Part shown: in pieces, positions 61,275 to 64,000 of the stretch | Layout of the letters: each line of letters starts with the position of its first letter | Numbering within the stretch: the first letter of the stretch is position 1 | Assembly: GCA_041577295.1 (NCBI GenBank) | Contig: JBFGJG010000002.1 | Coordinates: 103,039-167,038, forward strand | Source of the DNA: Gemmatimonadales bacterium | GTDB taxonomy: Bacteria; Gemmatimonadota; Gemmatimonadetes; Gemmatimonadales; GWC2-71-9 | Direction of reading: 5' to 3' | Length of the DNA stretch: 64,000 bases | The notes under the pieces: generated by a model | The model's database searches: none | Seen by the model: only the letters and a program-made list of their open reading frames with translations | Told to the model about the DNA's origin: nothing | Program-made: the position numbers and the translations under genes

Positions 61275-62930
61275 CTAGAAAAAGAACCCGCGCCCAAAGA
61301 CCACGACCCACCGGCTTTGGCCGGAAAGTCCGTCGCCGAACCGGTAGGCGATGTCGAGCCGGCCCACGTTTGGTCCGGCCGACCTGGTTGCGCCGAAGCG
61401 GATGCCGGCACCAACGTCGCCTCCAAAGCGCGCGGGTTGGTCGGGAAACCAAGCACCGCCGTAATCCACAAACGCCGCAAAACCCAGCCCCATGACATTC
61501 AGCAATTCGTCAATGACGAACGCGCGATGCTCGAGAGAACCCCAAATGCCCCGGGTCCCCGTGAACGCGTGCGGTTCGAACGCCCGTGGCCCGATGCCGT
61601 GTCCGAGGTCGATCTCGTGACCGGGAGGCGTGCCTTTGCGAACCATTGCCTCCAAATGAAAGACGGTGGCGCTCTTCCGAAGGGCTTGTGAGACCGCTGT
61701 AAAACCCGCCCAGACCTGACCTGAGTCGAGGCCAGCCGACGTAAACAGTCCGTTCGCGCGCGCGGCGAACCTGACCCACTGCGAGCCAAGGATTGCCCCC
61801 GTCTGGAAGAAACCCCTCGGCCCAATACCAGAGCGTTGGTAGCCGAAATCCGCGGGGGCCATCCACACCCCCACGTTGAGCCGTGTGCTCAAATCGATGT
61901 CGACATCGCGTTCGAACCCGATGTAATGTGTTGTAACCTTGAAGCGCGCTTTGGCGATGTCGGTGAAGACGCCGACGGCACCGGTGACCGTGTCCGGAAC
62001 CGTCAGGGGGACGGGTTGGGCGGGCTTTAGAAAGTACTCCTCACGCTTGACCTGTGCCGCGAGCCCAACCCGCACATACAAGGCAGAGCTCGCGACCGGC
62101 GCATAGGCAAAAGTTGCGCGCTGAAAGAACAGCCGCCGGCGAAAGGTTTGAAACAGTTCGCCACTGCGAAACTGCAGCATGTCCCGCTCTGCGGCGGCCC
62201 CATGGAATTCCAGGCCAAATCGCTCCGAGAACGCGCGAAAGGGACGCTCGAACGCCCACTCGCCGACGCTGCCGTCGCTCAAATTGTCGTACAGTCCCGA
62301 GACGAGCAGTCGGGACCCGAGGGGCCGATCCCATCGGCCGAGCAGGGTGACGGCGGTGCGGTCCGGCTCGTCGCGATACGTAATTCCCGCCTGCGCACCC
62401 GTACCAAGCAGGTTGCGCTCGAGAAGACCTGCCGCCCAGGAGAACGTGCCGCCCGTCGAGCGTCCGGTGAGATTGAGGTCGGTCGACCACCCGTCACCGG
62501 TGCGTAGATACACCGTGACGGAATCGCCGTGACGAACCGTGTCCGCTTCGACGTCGCGAAAGATCCCGAGGGTCCGTAGGTTGCGCAGCGATTCCTCGAC
62601 GCGAGCGGAGTCGTAACGCTCGCCCACGTCGAAGAGGAGTTCGCGGCGAATGACGTAGGGGCGAGTGGTGAAGTGCAGCGCGTTGGCAACGCGGAACAGC
62701 ACGCTGGAGCGCGCCTCCGCGGGGTCGAAGACATCGTGATTGACAATGACGATGCTATCGATGTACGGCTCCGCGGTGCTCACACCGTCCTGCGCCACGG
62801 CACGGGAAAACGGCGCGAGGAACAGGGCCAGGAGAAAAGCGCGTCTCACACCGCTACACACCCCCCGCCCGAAACCTCTGCACCGAATCGAGCGCGCGCT
62901 CGGGTCGGACATCACCAGATTTGGGAACAT
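61275..62930 (-). CDS. Omp85/BamA-TamA-family outer-membrane protein (POTRA plus surface-antigen barrel). Start uncertain.
   Basis: POTRA-like N-terminal segment (IDSIVIVNHDVF...). Long beta-barrel. C-terminal ...GRLDIAYRFGDG...WVVVFGRGFFF with terminal Phe. Confidence 0.6.
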   Translation of the reverse strand: MFPNLVMSDPSARSIRCRGFGRGVCSGVRRAFLLALFLAPFSRAVAQDGVSTAEPYIDSIVIVNHDVFDPAEARSSVLFRVANALHFTTRPYVIRRELLFDVGERYDSARVEESLRNLRTLGIFRDVEADTVRHGDSVTVYLRTGDGWSTDLNLTGRSTGGTFSWAAGLLERNLLGTGAQAGITYRDEPDRTAVTLLGRWDRPLGSRLLVSGLYDNLSDGSVGEWAFERPFRAFSERFGLEFHGAAAERDMLQFRSGELFQTFRRRLFFQRATFAYAPVASSALYVRVGLAAQVKREEYFLKPAQPVPLTVPDTVTGAVGVFTDIAKARFKVTTHYIGFERDVDIDLSTRLNVGVWMAPADFGYQRSGIGPRGFFQTGAILGSQWVRFAARANGLFTSAGLDSGQVWAGFTAVSQALRKSATVFHLEAMVRKGTPPGHEIDLGHGIGPRAFEPHAFTGTRGIWGSLEHRAFVIDELLNVMGLGFAAFVDYGGAWFPDQPARFGGDVGAGIRFGATRSAGPNVGRLDIAYRFGDGLSGQSRWVVVFGRGFFF

Positions 62931-63052
62931 CGGATCGGACTCTGACCGACTCGGATCACCCAGCCTTGGGGAGCGGGGATTGGGACCGCGGAACTTGCAA
63001 CACTCTTACCTAACATAGCGGGTCCCTCGGCTCCCAGCTTGGACGTCGCGAA

Positions 63053-64000
63053 TCAGTATTTGCCGAGGTACTTCTCCGCTTCCCACGGGCTCACCATGGC
63101 GGAATACTCGAGCCACTCCTGGCGCTTCGCTTCCACAAACCGCCGGTAGATGTGATCGCCGAGCGCATCGCGAATGATCCGGTCCTTTTCCAAATAGTCG
63201 AGGGCCTCGTGGAGATCTCGTGGCAACTCGTCGATGCGATAACGTCGCCGTTCCCGAAAGCTCATCGAGAAGATGTTTTTGTTGACGGGATCGGGCGGTG
63301 TCAGGCCTTCCTCGATTCCGTTGAGACCGGCCGCGAGCTGTACGGTGAGCGCGAGGTACGGATTGGCCGACGGGTCCGGCATCCGCAGCTCGCACCGGGT
63401 GCCCTGTCCGCGGCGATCGGGGATGCGGATGAGCGGGGACCGATTGCGCATGCTCCAAGCGACGTTGGTCGGAGCCTCGTACCCCGGCACGAGACGTTTG
63501 TAGCTGTTTACCAATGGATTGGTTACAGCACAGAATCCACGCGCGTGCTTCAACAGGCCGGCGATATAGCCGAGCCCCACTTCCGAGATTTGCCACTTCG
63601 CCTTGGGATCGAAGAACGCGTTCTTGCCGTTCTTGAACAGCGACTGATGCGTGTGCATCCCCGAGCCGTTCTGGCCCTGGATGGGCTTGGGCATAAACGT
63701 CGCGAGAAACCCGTGCCGGTACGCGATGGTCCTCACCACGAACCGGAACGTTGCGATGTGATCGGCCGTGGTGAGCGCGTCGGCATACCGGAAATCCACC
63801 TCGTGCTGACCCGAGGCGACCTCGTGATGCCCCGCTTCGACTTCAAAACCCATGTGAACGAGGTCGTGGATGATCAGTCGTCTTATGGGTTCCGCACGAT
63901 CCACTGGTGCCAGGTCGAAGTAGCCACCCTGGTCGTGAGTCTCGAGCGAGGGATCCCCTCGTTCGTCCAAGTGGAAGATGAAAAACTCGGCCTCACACCC
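63053..64000 (-). CDS. glnA: Glutamine synthetase type I, alpha-subtype (Bacillus GlnA-like), copy 3. The 5' part lies beyond the window.
   Basis: [92 protein letters not shown]-terminal WEAEKYLGKY. No Tyr at the adenylylation-loop position (KNIFSMS). Confidence 0.9.
   Translation of the reverse strand, partial: GCEAEFFIFHLDERGDPSLETHDQGGYFDLAPVDRAEPIRRLIIHDLVHMGFEVEAGHHEVASGQHEVDFRYADALTTADHIATFRFVVRTIAYRHGFLATFMPKPIQGQNGSGMHTHQSLFKNGKNAFFDPKAKWQISEVGLGYIAGLLKHARGFCAVTNPLVNSYKRLVPGYEAPTNVAWSMRNRSPLIRIPDRRGQGTRCELRMPDPSANPYLALTVQLAAGLNGIEEGLTPPDPVNKNIFSMSFRERRRYRIDELPRDLHEALDYLEKDRIIRDALGDHIYRRFVEAKRQEWLEYSAMVSPWEAEKYLGKY

Overview
GC-rich, gene-dense bacterial chromosomal window. I saw no transposase, integrase, phage gene, rRNA or CRISPR array. 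All calls come from reading the supplied ORF translations and the DNA by eye (motifs, domain order, start-site context). No database search was run, so family names are motif-level recognitions. The gene content (Sec-type clade II nosZ with nosB, S46 peptidase, many TonB/outer-membrane genes) tentatively suggests a Gemmatimonadota-like or similar soil lineage.

Layout:
- 1-7.3 kb: NarL-type regulator plus GAF kinase, M50-CBS protease, Hsp20, tandem USP, CBS pair and a ba3-type (B-family) cytochrome oxidase, including an untracked subunit IIa mini-ORF.
- 7.3-12.5 kb: two translationally coupled ZIP transporters, an orphan GAF kinase and an OmpR/HK pair.
- 12.6-21 kb: DUF2892, cytochrome c, porin, cytochrome c, then nosZ-nosB-nosD-nosF-nosY (clade II N2O reductase cluster, no nosL or nosR seen).
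- 21-25.7 kb: S46 peptidase and an uncharacterised three-gene envelope module with a Met/His-rich tail.
- 25.8-28.5 kb: glnA copy 1 with a sigma54-like promoter, and xthA.
- 28.7-37.2 kb: a complete animal-like kynurenine/2-aminomuconate tryptophan catabolic cluster.
- 37.5-45 kb: a second stress island (dodecin, Ca-type P-ATPase, CaCA exchanger, HPF-cold-shock fusion, PRTase, tandem USP).
- 45-48.7 kb: hemerythrin-like protein and class II amidotransferase, convergent with an ATP-grasp-like enzyme preceded by a 61-aa mini-ORF.
- 49-56.6 kb: D-aminoacylase, membrane protein, TonB receptor and a NarL two-component system.
- 56.7-64 kb: glnA copy 2, a roughly 310-bp array of 21-bp palindromic tandem repeats, tRNA-Cys, dps, tRNA-Arg, deaminase, PTP-like protein, ybjQ, an Omp85-family protein and a partial glnA copy 3.

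Best candidates for something undescribed: the 21-bp palindromic repeat array upstream of glnA-2, the ATP-grasp plus mini-ORF locus, the Met/His-rich envelope module near the nosL-less nos cluster, and the atypical SDR in the kynurenine cluster.
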